64,000 nt of DNA. Source: an uncultured Bacteroidales bacterium. Lineage in GTDB: Bacteria > Bacteroidota > Bacteroidia > Bacteroidales > UBA932. Positions 1-9,847 of this stretch are shown piece by piece. The stretch spans positions 44,761-108,760 of the forward strand of contig CASGDV010000067.1 in NCBI GenBank assembly GCA_949300335.1, read 5' to 3'. The notes under the pieces were generated by a model. That model ran no database searches. It saw nothing but the letters and a program-made list of their open reading frames with translations, and had not been told where the DNA came from. Made by a program: the position numbers and the translations under genes. Each line of letters begins with the position of its first letter. Positions within the stretch are counted from its first letter, which is position 1.

Positions 1-1
1 C

Positions 2-205
2 AGCCCGCATTTTTCTACGACGGACGATGAGTTGTGCTCGAAAGTTCATGACAAAGGAATGAAAATTGTTCCGTGGACGGTGGACAGGGCGGAAGACATC
101 AGCAGGATGATAGAGCTCGGAGTCGATGCCATCATCTCGAATTACCCTGACAGGGTTCTCATGCAGACCCGCGGGTATTTCGACTTCCCGTCGTGGAACA
201 AGTGA
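2..205 (+). CDS. Glycerophosphodiester phosphodiesterase family protein, 3' end (partial)
   Basis: Manual translation ...HDKGMKIVPWTVDRAEDISRMIELGVDAIISNYPD...; the WTVD/GVDAIISNYP C-terminal motif is typical of GDPD; TGA at 203-205. Confidence 0.85.
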   Translation, partial: SPHFSTTDDELCSKVHDKGMKIVPWTVDRAEDISRMIELGVDAIISNYPDRVLMQTRGYFDFPSWNK

Positions 206-229
206 TAATAACAAAGTAAACGATCGGTT

Positions 230-1375
230 ATGCAAAATTTTGTTTTTCAGAATCCCGTAAAGCTCATAATGGGCAAAGGTATGATTTCGTCTTTGAAAGA
301 TGAGATTCCGTCGGACAGACGTATAATGATTACTTTCGGAGGCGGAAGTGTAAAAAGAAACGGTGTTTATGACCAGGTAAAGGATGCCCTGAAAGGTCAT
401 TATACCGTTGAGTTCTGGGGTATCGAACCGAATCCTTCCGTGGAAACGTTGAGAAAGGCTGTTGAACTCGGCAAGAAAGAGAAGATAGATTATCTTCTTG
501 CTGTCGGCGGAGGTTCGGTCATTGACGGAACAAAACTTATTTCTGCGGCATTGCTGTATGACGGTGATCCGTGGGATCTGGTTCTTGCAGGCAGGCGTAT
601 CACGGAAACCGTTCCTCTTGCGACGGTTCTTACATTGCCGGCTACCGGATCGGAAATGAACAACGGTGCTGTCATTTCGAGAACGGAAACAAAGGAAAAA
701 TTTGCGTTCTATTCGAACTATCCAGTATTCTCAATTCTTGACCCACAGGTTACCTATACCCTTCCTCCGCATCAGGTTGCCTGCGGCATATCCGATACAT
801 TCGTCCATGTGATGGAACAGTATCTTACTGTCACGGGGCAGAGCCGTGTCATGGACAGATGGGCAGAAGGTATATGCCAGACTCTTGTTGAAATAGCTCC
901 GAAAATCAGGGAGAACCAGCATGATTATGATGTTATGGCGGACTTCATGATGTCCGCAACGATGGGACTCAACGGTTTCATAGCTCTTGGAGTATCCCAG
1001 GACTGGGCTACCCACATGATAGGACATGAACTGACAGCCATCCACGGACTCACTCACGGGCATACGCTTGCAATAGTTTTCCCGGGAACGATGAATATCC
1101 TTAGAAAATCCAAGGGAGAGAAGATAATCCAGATGGGAGAGCGCGTGTTCGGAATCACTTCCGGAACACCTGATGAAAGAATTGATGCAACGATTGCCAG
1201 GACAGATGAATTCTTCAGGTCTCTCGGATTGACTACAAGGTTGTCCGAAGAAGGAATCGGGGAGAGCACCATAGTTGAAATCGAACGCAGGTTCAGGGAA
1301 AGGAATGTCCATTTCGGCGAGAACGGCGATGTGGATGGAGTAGTTGCAGGGAAAATACTCAGGGACAGAATCTGA
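230..1375 (+). CDS. Iron-containing alcohol dehydrogenase (NADH-dependent butanol dehydrogenase/YqhD-like)
   Basis: AVGGGSVIDG, LPATGSEMN, His ligands in DWATHMIGHEL and HGHTL. Confidence 0.93.
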   Translation: MQNFVFQNPVKLIMGKGMISSLKDEIPSDRRIMITFGGGSVKRNGVYDQVKDALKGHYTVEFWGIEPNPSVETLRKAVELGKKEKIDYLLAVGGGSVIDGTKLISAALLYDGDPWDLVLAGRRITETVPLATVLTLPATGSEMNNGAVISRTETKEKFAFYSNYPVFSILDPQVTYTLPPHQVACGISDTFVHVMEQYLTVTGQSRVMDRWAEGICQTLVEIAPKIRENQHDYDVMADFMMSATMGLNGFIALGVSQDWATHMIGHELTAIHGLTHGHTLAIVFPGTMNILRKSKGEKIIQMGERVFGITSGTPDERIDATIARTDEFFRSLGLTTRLSEEGIGESTIVEIERRFRERNVHFGENGDVDGVVAGKILRDRI

Positions 1376-1435
1376 CTTTCCCGGTATGATTGAATTCAGG
1401 ATAATATGTAGGATGGACAAACAATTTGATACGGA

Positions 1436-2041
1436 ATGGATAAAAACAGTTATGCCTTGGGCATGAGCATTGCCCATAACATGAAATCTTCGGGAATAGG
1501 GGAGATATCATTTGACGATTTTGCAGCCGGACTCAAGGCTGTTTTGAACGGAGAAGAACCGGAAGTGCCTTTCGATGAAGCTGGAAAGCTTCTTGACAAA
1601 TATTTCGCTGAAATTGAGGCCAGACAGCAGGAGGAAAGACAGGCTCAGGGAGCTGCCATGAGGCAGGCCGGGGAAAAGTTCCTTGAGGAGAACTCCCATA
1701 AGGATGGTGTAAGAGTACTTCAGAGCGGCCTTCAATACAAGGTTGTCAAGAAAGGAGAAGGAAAGAAACCGAAGGCGACGGACAAGGTAAAATGCCATTA
1801 TGAAGGTACGCTTCCGGACGGTACGAAATTCGACAGTTCGTATGACAGGAACCAGCCTGCGGTATTCGGACTGGATCAGGTGATCAAAGGATGGACAGAG
1901 GGATTGCAGCTCATGTCAGAGGGGGCGGTTTACGAACTGTATATACCATACCATCTCGGATATGGCGAATACGGTTCACCGGGCGCCATCCCTCCTTACA
2001 GCGCACTCATATTCAAGGTAGAATTGCTCGAAGTGCTTTAA
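1436..2041 (+). CDS. FKBP-type peptidyl-prolyl cis-trans isomerase (FklB/Mip-like)
   Basis: N-terminal SYALG dimerisation domain; SGLQYKV, HYEGTL, FDSSYDR, VIKGWTEGL. Confidence 0.95.
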   Translation: MDKNSYALGMSIAHNMKSSGIGEISFDDFAAGLKAVLNGEEPEVPFDEAGKLLDKYFAEIEARQQEERQAQGAAMRQAGEKFLEENSHKDGVRVLQSGLQYKVVKKGEGKKPKATDKVKCHYEGTLPDGTKFDSSYDRNQPAVFGLDQVIKGWTEGLQLMSEGAVYELYIPYHLGYGEYGSPGAIPPYSALIFKVELLEVL

Positions 2042-2054
2042 CTGCCTTACCGGA

Positions 2055-2164
2055 TTTTCAACCCACGCGCATCTTGGTTTTCGGCAACTTATTTACTATT
2101 AAGTATTTATGGGAAATCGCGACGCGCGTGGGTTGAAAAATGGGTGTTTCTGGGTTGAAAAATG
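2055..2164. repeat. Intergenic inverted/direct repeat element (REP-like) between convergent genes
   Basis: Perfect 16-bp IR TTTTCAACCCACGCGC (2055-2070) / GCGCGTGGGTTGAAAA (2124-2139); TGGGTTGAAAAATG occurs at 2129-2142 and 2151-2164. Confidence 0.7.
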
Positions 2165-2180
2165 ACCGGGCCCGGAGGAG

Positions 2181-2759
2181 TTACAGCAGTTTGTTCAGGG
2201 CAAAGTATTTCCACAGGGGAACTGCCATGAGGGACTGCTTGAACTGGTCATCCAGAAGCAGGCTGCGCACCTGGTCTCTGTCCATGAGACATACGGACAG
2301 GTCTTCCGTCTTGTCAAGATTCTGTCCGGCAATCTTTTTGACACCTTCGGCAAGCCAGCAATGGGTAAGGTTGTCTGTCGTGCTGCAATTTCCTGATATC
2401 ACGGTGAGAAGAGACCATTCTCCTTCTCCATATCCAGTTTCTTCAAGAAGCTCCCTTTTGGCAGCCTCCAAAGGAGTCTCTCCTTTTTCCATCACACCTG
2501 CCGCTATCTCGTAGCAGGTCTTGCCGAGTCCGTGACGGTACTGGCGCTCCATAACAAACATACCGTCTTCGGTTATGGCGGTGATATTTACCCAGTCCGG
2601 ATATTCAAGAACATAGAACTCCGGATTTATCCTGCCGTCCGGAAGCCTTACCTCATCATGCCGTACCGTCAGCCACGGTCTGTGGAACAGCTCCCGGCTG
2701 GAGACAATTTCCCATTTGCCGTCCTCGTTTATCGGTTCGTACCTTTTCTTCTCTGCCAT
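2181..2759 (-). CDS. Nudix hydrolase (ADP-ribose pyrophosphatase-like)
   Basis: Nudix box GVMEKGETPLEAAKRELLEETGY; QYRHG motif. Confidence 0.9.
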   Translation of the reverse strand: MAEKKRYEPINEDGKWEIVSSRELFHRPWLTVRHDEVRLPDGRINPEFYVLEYPDWVNITAITEDGMFVMERQYRHGLGKTCYEIAAGVMEKGETPLEAAKRELLEETGYGEGEWSLLTVISGNCSTTDNLTHCWLAEGVKKIAGQNLDKTEDLSVCLMDRDQVRSLLLDDQFKQSLMAVPLWKYFALNKLL

Positions 2760-2769
2760 AATTCCCTGT

Positions 2770-5310
2770 CTATTTTCCCTTTTCTATCTTCATTCTCAAA
2801 ACAGTTACCGAATTAGCCTCGAAAGAGTATGTGAACGAAGACGAAAATCTGTCGTAATGTAATGTTTCCGGAACAATGTATTCAGGATTTGCAAACGAAT
2901 TCTCATCTGTCTGATTCAAGGCTTTCAATACGGTAATCTCACCGGAGCTGGCTATGCTGACATCATTTATCCTGATTTTTCCGGTAGTCCTGGTGTCGAA
3001 TGCATTGACTACCTTGAGAATCACTTCTCCGGTATTCCTGTCGACTCCGGCCGTATGGAAGAATTTCGGAACCGGTTTGTTCTCAAAACGGAGAATCTCT
3101 TTTCCGTCAAAACTGTAAACGGCTCCTGTTTCGTTCACTGCAATACGTACCTTGTGCCATCCGTTGTCATCGATTCTGTCTCCGACCATCTCGGATACGA
3201 CACCGGAACCGCTATCCGAAAGCTTTTCCATTGCAGTTGAACTGTTTCCCCATCCGAAGGAGTTGAGCATATATCCGGAATGGACGCCGGTATCCTTTAT
3301 ATCCAGATAGGTAAGGAAACCCTCGCTTCCTCCGTCTTTCCTCGCTTCGAATTCTATTACTGTACCGGGACAGATATTTATCTTGTTCCACATCATTACC
3401 GTCCTGTTTTCATTTCCGGTCTGTGACAACACTCCGTTTTCCGTCTTCCAGTCTCCAAGTCCCATGTTCCATTCTGATGCATTGTCAATGTCTGCTTCTA
3501 CCCAGTCCCCTTCAGCGGTTTTTGCTCTCAGGTTCCTGAATGAAGCCTGTGTGCTCCATGTCCCGAAACCGATATGTCCTCCATTGCTGATGAACGGAAC
3601 AACAGGATCGCTTTTCATTACTGCAGACTGTGAGGAAACCACGTGGGTAGGCCTGTTGTGGGAGAACATTTTCTGGACGTAGTATGATGTCCTTCCAACA
3701 ACCTGGTCGGGACTTATCCATATCAGATTCGTCGGCCAGGTCCTGTCATTCCTGTTTTCGAACAGCGGGGCGTACGAAGCCATCTTCACTATGTCGCAGT
3801 TGCGTTCCATGCCGGTGAGGAATGCCGCTTCGCTCAAGGCTGCAAGCATATTCCCTGCTCCAACCCCCTGATTGCAGGCATATTCTCCGACATATATGGT
3901 ATGTTTCCCGCGTTCAAGATTGTCGAAAATACCGGCATTCTCAAAGAAAAAGTCCGGACTGACATACCAGTGCGGATCCACCATATCAGTCTTTGTAGCA
4001 TTGCCTATTCCTCCTATCCCATGGTTCGATATGAGGACAAGTTCCGGATACTTTTCCTTGATAGCGGCATAGAACATATCGAATCTCCTGTCATAGACAG
4101 GGCCGGAGTTCTCGTTTCCTATTTCTACATATTTCAACGGATAAGGTTCCGGGTGTCCTTCTTCCGCACGTACAGAACCCCATTTCGTTGAAATATCACC
4201 TATGGCATATTCAATAGCATCCAGGGCATCCTGAAGATAATATTCAGCTTCCTTGTCACTGCATGCCTCACCGGATCTTGCCTGGCATGATATTCCAACA
4301 TTGCATACGTACATTCCTCCGGCATCCAGATCTTCGCAAAGTTCAAGGAATTCCCTGTATCCGAAACCGTATGTGTTTCTGTATCCCCAAGTGTCGTATT
4401 GGCCGGGTCTTGCCGCGGGATCTCCCAGTGTCTTTTTCCATTCGACCCTGTTTGTCAGCGTAATTCCTTCCACAATACATCCGCCGGGCCACCTTATGAA
4501 TTCAGGATTCAGTCCCTCGAGCATTTCGGCAACATCTTTCCTCATTCCGTTCTCCCTTCCCTTATACGTGTTTTCCGGAAACAGTGATACATAATCGAAT
4601 GAGATTGTAGCATTGTCGGTTATCTCGAAACAGAACTTGCCGGTCTTGCAGTCTTCAAGAGCTTCGATATCCGCAGTGAATTCATGCCATTTGTTGTCGC
4701 CTTCAAGGAATATTTTTTTCTGACCCAACTCCTTGCCGTTGCTGTCCGTAAGCATGGCTGTTATAGCGCATTCCATGTTGCTCTTGATGAAAGTACGGAG
4801 TTTGTAGAAATTACCTTTTACATAGTTTATGCCCCAATATCCGGAATTCTCCAGATATACTCCTTCGCCTGCATTTGATACGGTCAGTACCAAAGACGAG
4901 GGTGCCGTCTTGAAATTAGGACTTGCAGTAGTTATCCTTGCTGAAGCCGATGCTCCTCCTTCCTTGCGTATATCCCATCCCGGATAAGGACTTTCGTGCC
5001 ATCTGTATCTTCCCGGTGTAGGCTCTCCTTTAAGATGATTGATGACCGGTGGAGCAACCAGTTCATTGTTTTCAATCCTGTATCCTCCCTCCGGAATAAC
5101 CTTTTCCTCGAAACTTCTGTTCATTAGCAGTTCGGCATAGAGACCTCCGTCTCCGGCATGGTTGATTTCTTCGAAGAAAATGCCGTACATCGATTCCGGA
5201 AATTCCGCTATGGCATTATCCGGTGTGACATTGATTTCAAAATCTCCGCTTCCCATGCAGCCTGCTGCCAGGAGTGAGGCGGCCATTGTCAGTATCAAAG
5301 ATGGTTTCAT
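2770..5310 (-). CDS. GH51 alpha-L-arabinofuranosidase, lipoprotein, with extra beta-sandwich insert
   Basis: YGIFFEEINHAGDGGLYAE, RWPGGC, EIGNEN (acid/base), YVGEYA (nucleophile), MASYAPLF; lipobox LAAGC. Confidence 0.92.
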   Translation of the reverse strand: MKPSLILTMAASLLAAGCMGSGDFEINVTPDNAIAEFPESMYGIFFEEINHAGDGGLYAELLMNRSFEEKVIPEGGYRIENNELVAPPVINHLKGEPTPGRYRWHESPYPGWDIRKEGGASASARITTASPNFKTAPSSLVLTVSNAGEGVYLENSGYWGINYVKGNFYKLRTFIKSNMECAITAMLTDSNGKELGQKKIFLEGDNKWHEFTADIEALEDCKTGKFCFEITDNATISFDYVSLFPENTYKGRENGMRKDVAEMLEGLNPEFIRWPGGCIVEGITLTNRVEWKKTLGDPAARPGQYDTWGYRNTYGFGYREFLELCEDLDAGGMYVCNVGISCQARSGEACSDKEAEYYLQDALDAIEYAIGDISTKWGSVRAEEGHPEPYPLKYVEIGNENSGPVYDRRFDMFYAAIKEKYPELVLISNHGIGGIGNATKTDMVDPHWYVSPDFFFENAGIFDNLERGKHTIYVGEYACNQGVGAGNMLAALSEAAFLTGMERNCDIVKMASYAPLFENRNDRTWPTNLIWISPDQVVGRTSYYVQKMFSHNRPTHVVSSQSAVMKSDPVVPFISNGGHIGFGTWSTQASFRNLRAKTAEGDWVEADIDNASEWNMGLGDWKTENGVLSQTGNENRTVMMWNKINICPGTVIEFEARKDGGSEGFLTYLDIKDTGVHSGYMLNSFGWGNSSTAMEKLSDSGSGVVSEMVGDRIDDNGWHKVRIAVNETGAVYSFDGKEILRFENKPVPKFFHTAGVDRNTGEVILKVVNAFDTRTTGKIRINDVSIASSGEITVLKALNQTDENSFANPEYIVPETLHYDRFSSSFTYSFEANSVTVLRMKIEKGK

Positions 5311-5344
5311 AGTATAAAAAATTAGGACTTATTTTTCCGGATTA

Positions 5345-6376
5345 TTATTTCAATTTTCTTGCAGCAATTCCTTCCTTTGTTATCTTGACAGGTTTTATAT
5401 ATCCGTTTTCGTCAAATTCCATCTTGTCGATACATACCTGTCTGTGATTTGCTTCGGTATCTCCCAATGGTCTCCTGTGGTATACTATATAGCATTCCCC
5501 GTCAGGTAATGTAAATACAGAGTGGTGGCCTGCACCGGTAGCGACATCCGGATCCTGCTGGAGAATCTTTCCTATTCTGTTGAACGGACCGAAAGGAGAA
5601 TCCGCTATCGCATAGGCGACACTGTAATCCGGACCGCCCCATCCTCCTTCAGACCACATGAAATAATATTTCCCGTTTCTTTTCATCATGAAAGGTCCTT
5701 CCACATACTGGTCAGGAGTTACGGATTTGTACATTTCCCCGTCTTCAAAAGGTATTATACTGAGCAGATCGTCGCTCAGTCTGACCATATTGCAGTTTCT
5801 CCATCCGCCGTAGTACATGTAATATGAACCGTCATCGTCCTTGAACACGAACTGGTCGATAGGCTGGGCTCCGTTGATGATACTGCTTATCAGAGGTTTT
5901 CCCAAAGCATCCTTGTACGGGCCTTCCGGTTTGTCGGAAACGGCTACCCCTATTCCGCCGTATTCATTGTCGTTCTGAATGTCGTTCGCTCCGAAAAACA
6001 GATAGTACTTGCCGTTAGCATGAATAACGGACGGAGCCCACAATGCATACTCCAGCCATGAGATGTTTTCTATTGACAGCACTTTGGAATGCTTTGTCCA
6101 GTTTACAAGATCTTTCGATGAAAAAGCATCCATATATGTCTGTGCATTGTAGGACTTGTTTATTGCCTTGGTTTCCCTGTCCGGGATATATGCTTTCCCG
6201 TCCGGTCCCGTGACTTCCGATGTCGTAGGGAAGATCCAGTATTCATCACCGTATATGATGGCTTCCGGATCGGCATACCATCCTTCAAAAACAGGATTTC
6301 CGGACATCTGCGCCGATTTCTGGCTGCAGGACATTGCAATGGAAATCAAAAGGAGAATAAAAAGATAACGTTTCAT
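5345..6376 (-). CDS. GH43 glycoside hydrolase (arabinofuranosidase/xylosidase-like), lipoprotein
   Basis: WYADP, LWAPS, PIDQFVF, YVEGP, GHHS five-blade propeller motifs; start reassigned to ATG 6376 (MKRYLFIL...SC). Confidence 0.88.
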   Translation of the reverse strand: MKRYLFILLLISIAMSCSQKSAQMSGNPVFEGWYADPEAIIYGDEYWIFPTTSEVTGPDGKAYIPDRETKAINKSYNAQTYMDAFSSKDLVNWTKHSKVLSIENISWLEYALWAPSVIHANGKYYLFFGANDIQNDNEYGGIGVAVSDKPEGPYKDALGKPLISSIINGAQPIDQFVFKDDDGSYYMYYGGWRNCNMVRLSDDLLSIIPFEDGEMYKSVTPDQYVEGPFMMKRNGKYYFMWSEGGWGGPDYSVAYAIADSPFGPFNRIGKILQQDPDVATGAGHHSVFTLPDGECYIVYHRRPLGDTEANHRQVCIDKMEFDENGYIKPVKITKEGIAARKLK

Positions 6377-6415
6377 AAAGTTGATCGAATTATGGTTAAA
6401 AAATATATATGTCAT

Positions 6416-7096
6416 CTACAATATCTTGAATTCCGGTTCCTTGTCATATTCTTCTTTGATGAATCTGTATAGCACAGCTCCTTTCCTGGAACCAGTCTTG
6501 TCTTTTTCGCCTGTGGTACCGATAAATTTCATAGATGCTACCTTCTTCCTGAAATTCCTTTTGTCCATGGCGGAACCGGATATTGCTTCATACAGACTTT
6601 GCAATTGAGACAATGTGAATTTCTCGGGAAGCAGATTGAAACCTATCGGCGATACTGATGCCTTTTCCCTCATGCGTCTTTTAGCGGCCGCAACCATATC
6701 ATCATGATCGAAAATAAGTTTGGGGACATTGTCCATGTCCATCCAACAGGCATTATGGTTCCTGATATTTCCCGTATCATATTTTTCGGGAGCGATAAGG
6801 GCATAATATGCAACGGATATGACTCTTTCTCCTGGGTCTCTTCCTATTTCTCCAAATGTTCCCACCTGCTCCATATACAAGTCTGCAAGACCGGTGAGTT
6901 CAAAGAGAATCCTGTGTGCAGCCTCGTCAATGCTTTCATCTTTACGGACAAACCCTCCCATAAGGGACCATTGCCCTTTGGCCGGCTCGAATGACCTTTT
7001 CTGTACAAGCAGGCTCAGCTTGCCTCCGGTAAAACCGAATATTATGCAGTCAATGGCGACATGAAATTTAGAATATTCACAGTAAAAGTTCTTCAT
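6416..7096 (-). CDS. araR: NrtR-family (Nudix + wHTH) transcriptional regulator, AraR-like
   Basis: Degenerate Nudix box, RDPGERVISVAY, FTLSQLQSLYE..DKRNFRKK wHTH; adjacent arabinofuranosidases. Confidence 0.8.
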   Translation of the reverse strand: MKNFYCEYSKFHVAIDCIIFGFTGGKLSLLVQKRSFEPAKGQWSLMGGFVRKDESIDEAAHRILFELTGLADLYMEQVGTFGEIGRDPGERVISVAYYALIAPEKYDTGNIRNHNACWMDMDNVPKLIFDHDDMVAAAKRRMREKASVSPIGFNLLPEKFTLSQLQSLYEAISGSAMDKRNFRKKVASMKFIGTTGEKDKTGSRKGAVLYRFIKEEYDKEPEFKIL

Positions 7097-7116
7097 TTGG
7101 CAGGATATATTCGCTA

Positions 7117-7178
7117 CAAATATAAAATAAAAAGTGTAAAAACTACACTTATTTCAAATGAATGTAGTCCTTACACTT
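7117..7178 (-). promoter_or_regulatory. araR operon promoter (-7 TATATTTG) with two NrtR/AraR-type palindromic operators
   Basis: AAGTGTA-N5-TACACTT at 7132-7150; degenerate copy GAATGTA-N5-TACACTT at 7160-7178; CAAATATA at 7117-7124 reads TATATTTG on the minus strand. Confidence 0.75.
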
Positions 7179-7203
7179 TAAAACATAGTATTTCCGTAGA
7201 AAA

Positions 7204-8205
7204 CTATCCTATCACTATTGTATTGATGGAATTTCCGGCGATCGTGTTGCGGTATTCCTTTCCGGCCCACTGGAATCCCACAGCCTTGACATATTTTGAA
7301 GCATCAGGGTCGCAGAGAATAGTGTCCACCAAAGCTGCATTCGCCCTTTCCATTGTTCCGAACATGATTCCCGTCCCGCAGGCCTCCATCTCAGGTCCAA
7401 GATACTTTCCCACGAACTCGGCCAGTGTGGATGCCTTCCAGCAGCAGCTCGGGAAAATCTGGTCGGAGTTGAATTCGTTCTGCGGCATCACGGCGAAAAT
7501 GTCTATTCCTTCCGCACGGTAAGCCTCGATGAATTTTCTGAAATACAACGCATAAGCCTTCATATATTCAGGCTTGGCTATGAACATGTCGGCTCCTTCC
7601 TTCCCGGTCTTGTCCGCAGGAAGGCCGTTTCTGTACTGTTCCGGAGTTTCTTCACCGGTATATTTCATTGCATAGTGCCTGTTGTACTTCATCCATGTCG
7701 GAGGGCACCAGGGAGATGCCCAGATTTTCAGGTTCTCTCTGACCGAAAGTGCTTTCTTTATGAATGGAATCAGGGTCTGGTAGTCGTTGGCGATGGAAAA
7801 GTTCTTCATTTCAAAATCACCGTCCGTTTCGTTGTATGAATACCAGTCGCGTGAAAAGTCATTAGCTGCTACAGGCATTCTGCATATGTTGAAATTGGCT
7901 CCTCCATTTTCGGCAAAAAGTTCATTGAAGATAAGATTTCTTTCCTGTTCTGTAAGAAGGCTCAGGGCATCCCATCCAAGTTCATTGAAGCATGCGCCGA
8001 AACCATCTATGACTTGCCCGGTTTCTCCGGTAACTATATTGACGGAACATTTGCCGTCTGTCTTCAAGCCGGAAACATCCTGTGCCCAAGGAACAGTTTC
8101 CGTAGTGGTGATGTTTTCCCTGATTGAAGGCTGGCAGCATGAACTTAATGCGGCAAGTGAAGCTGCAATTAGATTCAGTTTGATAAGTAGTTTACTCATA
8201 TCCAT
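7204..8205 (-). pseudogene. GH30 glycoside hydrolase with large in-frame internal deletion
   Basis: GFGACFNE, ASPWCPPTWMK and QNE acid/base are present; the sequence jumps from GFQWAGK directly to the terminal strand ..GNSINTIVI, so the nucleophile region is missing; ~333 aa. Confidence 0.75.
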
Positions 8206-8206
8206 G

Positions 8207-8932
8207 TTATTTTTTATGATTGTTCTGTTTGTAAAGCCTGTTCTTGTAACAATCTTCCTTTTGGCAGATGGCACAGCCATAAGGACGTTTTTCCACCTTC
8301 TCCCCGATACCTGCCAATGCGCTTACCGATTTTATCGGAAGCATCAGTCCTGATTCGCATATTGATATCCCGCAGAAATTCTCCGGAAGGAGGCTGAAAA
8401 ACTTATGCTGTTCCGATATATGCCATCCGCAGTGTCCCGGACAATATGAATTCGTAACCTTCAATCCCTTTTCAGCGAGAAGAGATGACACTTCCTTCAT
8501 TCCCCATTCAACAGTACTTTCGGCGATAACCGAACCCCATGAGTCCGCAATGAAACCAAGCATTATATCAGCCCTCAAACCATCTGATTCCAGCCATTCC
8601 GACATTTCATGTCCTACGGAACCTGTCATCAGCACAAAACGGCTGCTGTATTCAAGTCCGTTGACAATATCTTCAGCCGGATTGAACATGATGTTTTCCG
8701 CAAGAATATGCGTCTTGTCCGGAATATTGCCAGTGACAATCCTGAAACCGAATCTCGGCTTGCATATTTCACGGATATGTCCGAGCGTATTGTCAATCAT
8801 GTCCTCAATGTCTTGGGGAGGTACGCTTCCCTGAAATCTCAAGGTACTCAGAAGCGTCTTTCTTTTCAACGGAAGTTTTTCAAAAGCGAGCGGAAGTTCA
8901 ATCGCTTCTCCGTTCAGAATATCATATGTCAT
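8207..8932 (-). CDS. Stand-alone methionine synthase (MetH) activation-domain-like protein
   Basis: SYCPGHCGW (variant of SPGYxxW), GLMLPIKSVSAL, C-terminal CxxCxxxxC; ATGA overlap with upstream cobW-like gene. Confidence 0.75.
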   Translation of the reverse strand: MTYDILNGEAIELPLAFEKLPLKRKTLLSTLRFQGSVPPQDIEDMIDNTLGHIREICKPRFGFRIVTGNIPDKTHILAENIMFNPAEDIVNGLEYSSRFVLMTGSVGHEMSEWLESDGLRADIMLGFIADSWGSVIAESTVEWGMKEVSSLLAEKGLKVTNSYCPGHCGWHISEQHKFFSLLPENFCGISICESGLMLPIKSVSALAGIGEKVEKRPYGCAICQKEDCYKNRLYKQNNHKK

Positions 8933-9816
8933 ATATGCAGCAGTTGTCTGATTGTGTTTTCTGTTCTTTTCCTGTCCTCCATGCTTTTCCAGCAAACGAA
9001 AAGACTGCAGTCCGTATGCGGACCCGTTGTTTCGTTAATTGAAATTTCCTGGCCGGCATTGTCCAGTGTAAAGGTACTGTTTCCTGTGGAAATATTCCCC
9101 TTGATTCTCAGGAACGATGCAATGTTGTCTGAAAGATAATCGGCCAGTTTACGCAAATCATCTTCACCAAGAACTTTGAAACCGAAAGTTTCCATTTCAT
9201 ATTCCGGAATCCCGGCGCCGGCATTCATGATGAAGTTATGGAACCCGGAACAGAATGCGCACATATCATCTATATCGTATTTCTCCAAAAGTTCATCCCC
9301 GGAAAAAGCGGTCATTGCCCGCGGATTAAGACCGGATATATCATTCTTTACGGATTCCCTTACTTCAGGTGCCGCTATGTCGGTCTTTGTCAGTATGATT
9401 ACCGGAGACAAAGCAAACTGTTTCCGGTAAAAATTCCTGTTGATTTTCATCAGCAGGTCCCATTTCGTGACATCGGCCAATGCAATCGTTGCATCAATAT
9501 GGATTCCCGGTACCGTAAACAACTCGTCAAGGGCGGCAATCCCCGAAGGTTCTATAATCAGATAATCCGGAGCAATTTCCTTTTCGACATATCTGAATTT
9601 TTCGTTAAGGTCACCGCGCAGCGTGCAGCATACGCAGCCGGACCTGAGGTCTATGACCCGTGAACCCGTACCGTCCAGCCTCTCTGAATCGATATTATGG
9701 TTTCCGGCCTCATTTTCCAGAATTACGGCATTGCATATCCACCCGCTTTCAAGCATTTTTTCAATCAGCGTTGTCTTTCCGCTTCCCAGGAAGCCGTATA
9801 CAAGAATGCACTTCAT
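8929..9816 (-). CDS. COG0523/CobW-family G3E metallochaperone GTPase
   Basis: Walker A GFLGSGKTT, GCVCC metal motif, IEPSG, LTKTD, C-terminal RIKG. Confidence 0.88.
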   Translation of the reverse strand: MKCILVYGFLGSGKTTLIEKMLESGWICNAVILENEAGNHNIDSERLDGTGSRVIDLRSGCVCCTLRGDLNEKFRYVEKEIAPDYLIIEPSGIAALDELFTVPGIHIDATIALADVTKWDLLMKINRNFYRKQFALSPVIILTKTDIAAPEVRESVKNDISGLNPRAMTAFSGDELLEKYDIDDMCAFCSGFHNFIMNAGAGIPEYEMETFGFKVLGEDDLRKLADYLSDNIASFLRIKGNISTGNSTFTLDNAGQEISINETTGPHTDCSLFVCWKSMEDRKRTENTIRQLLHI

Positions 9817-9847
9817 CAGCTTGTCCGTTGATTTCCTTCAGTTTTTT

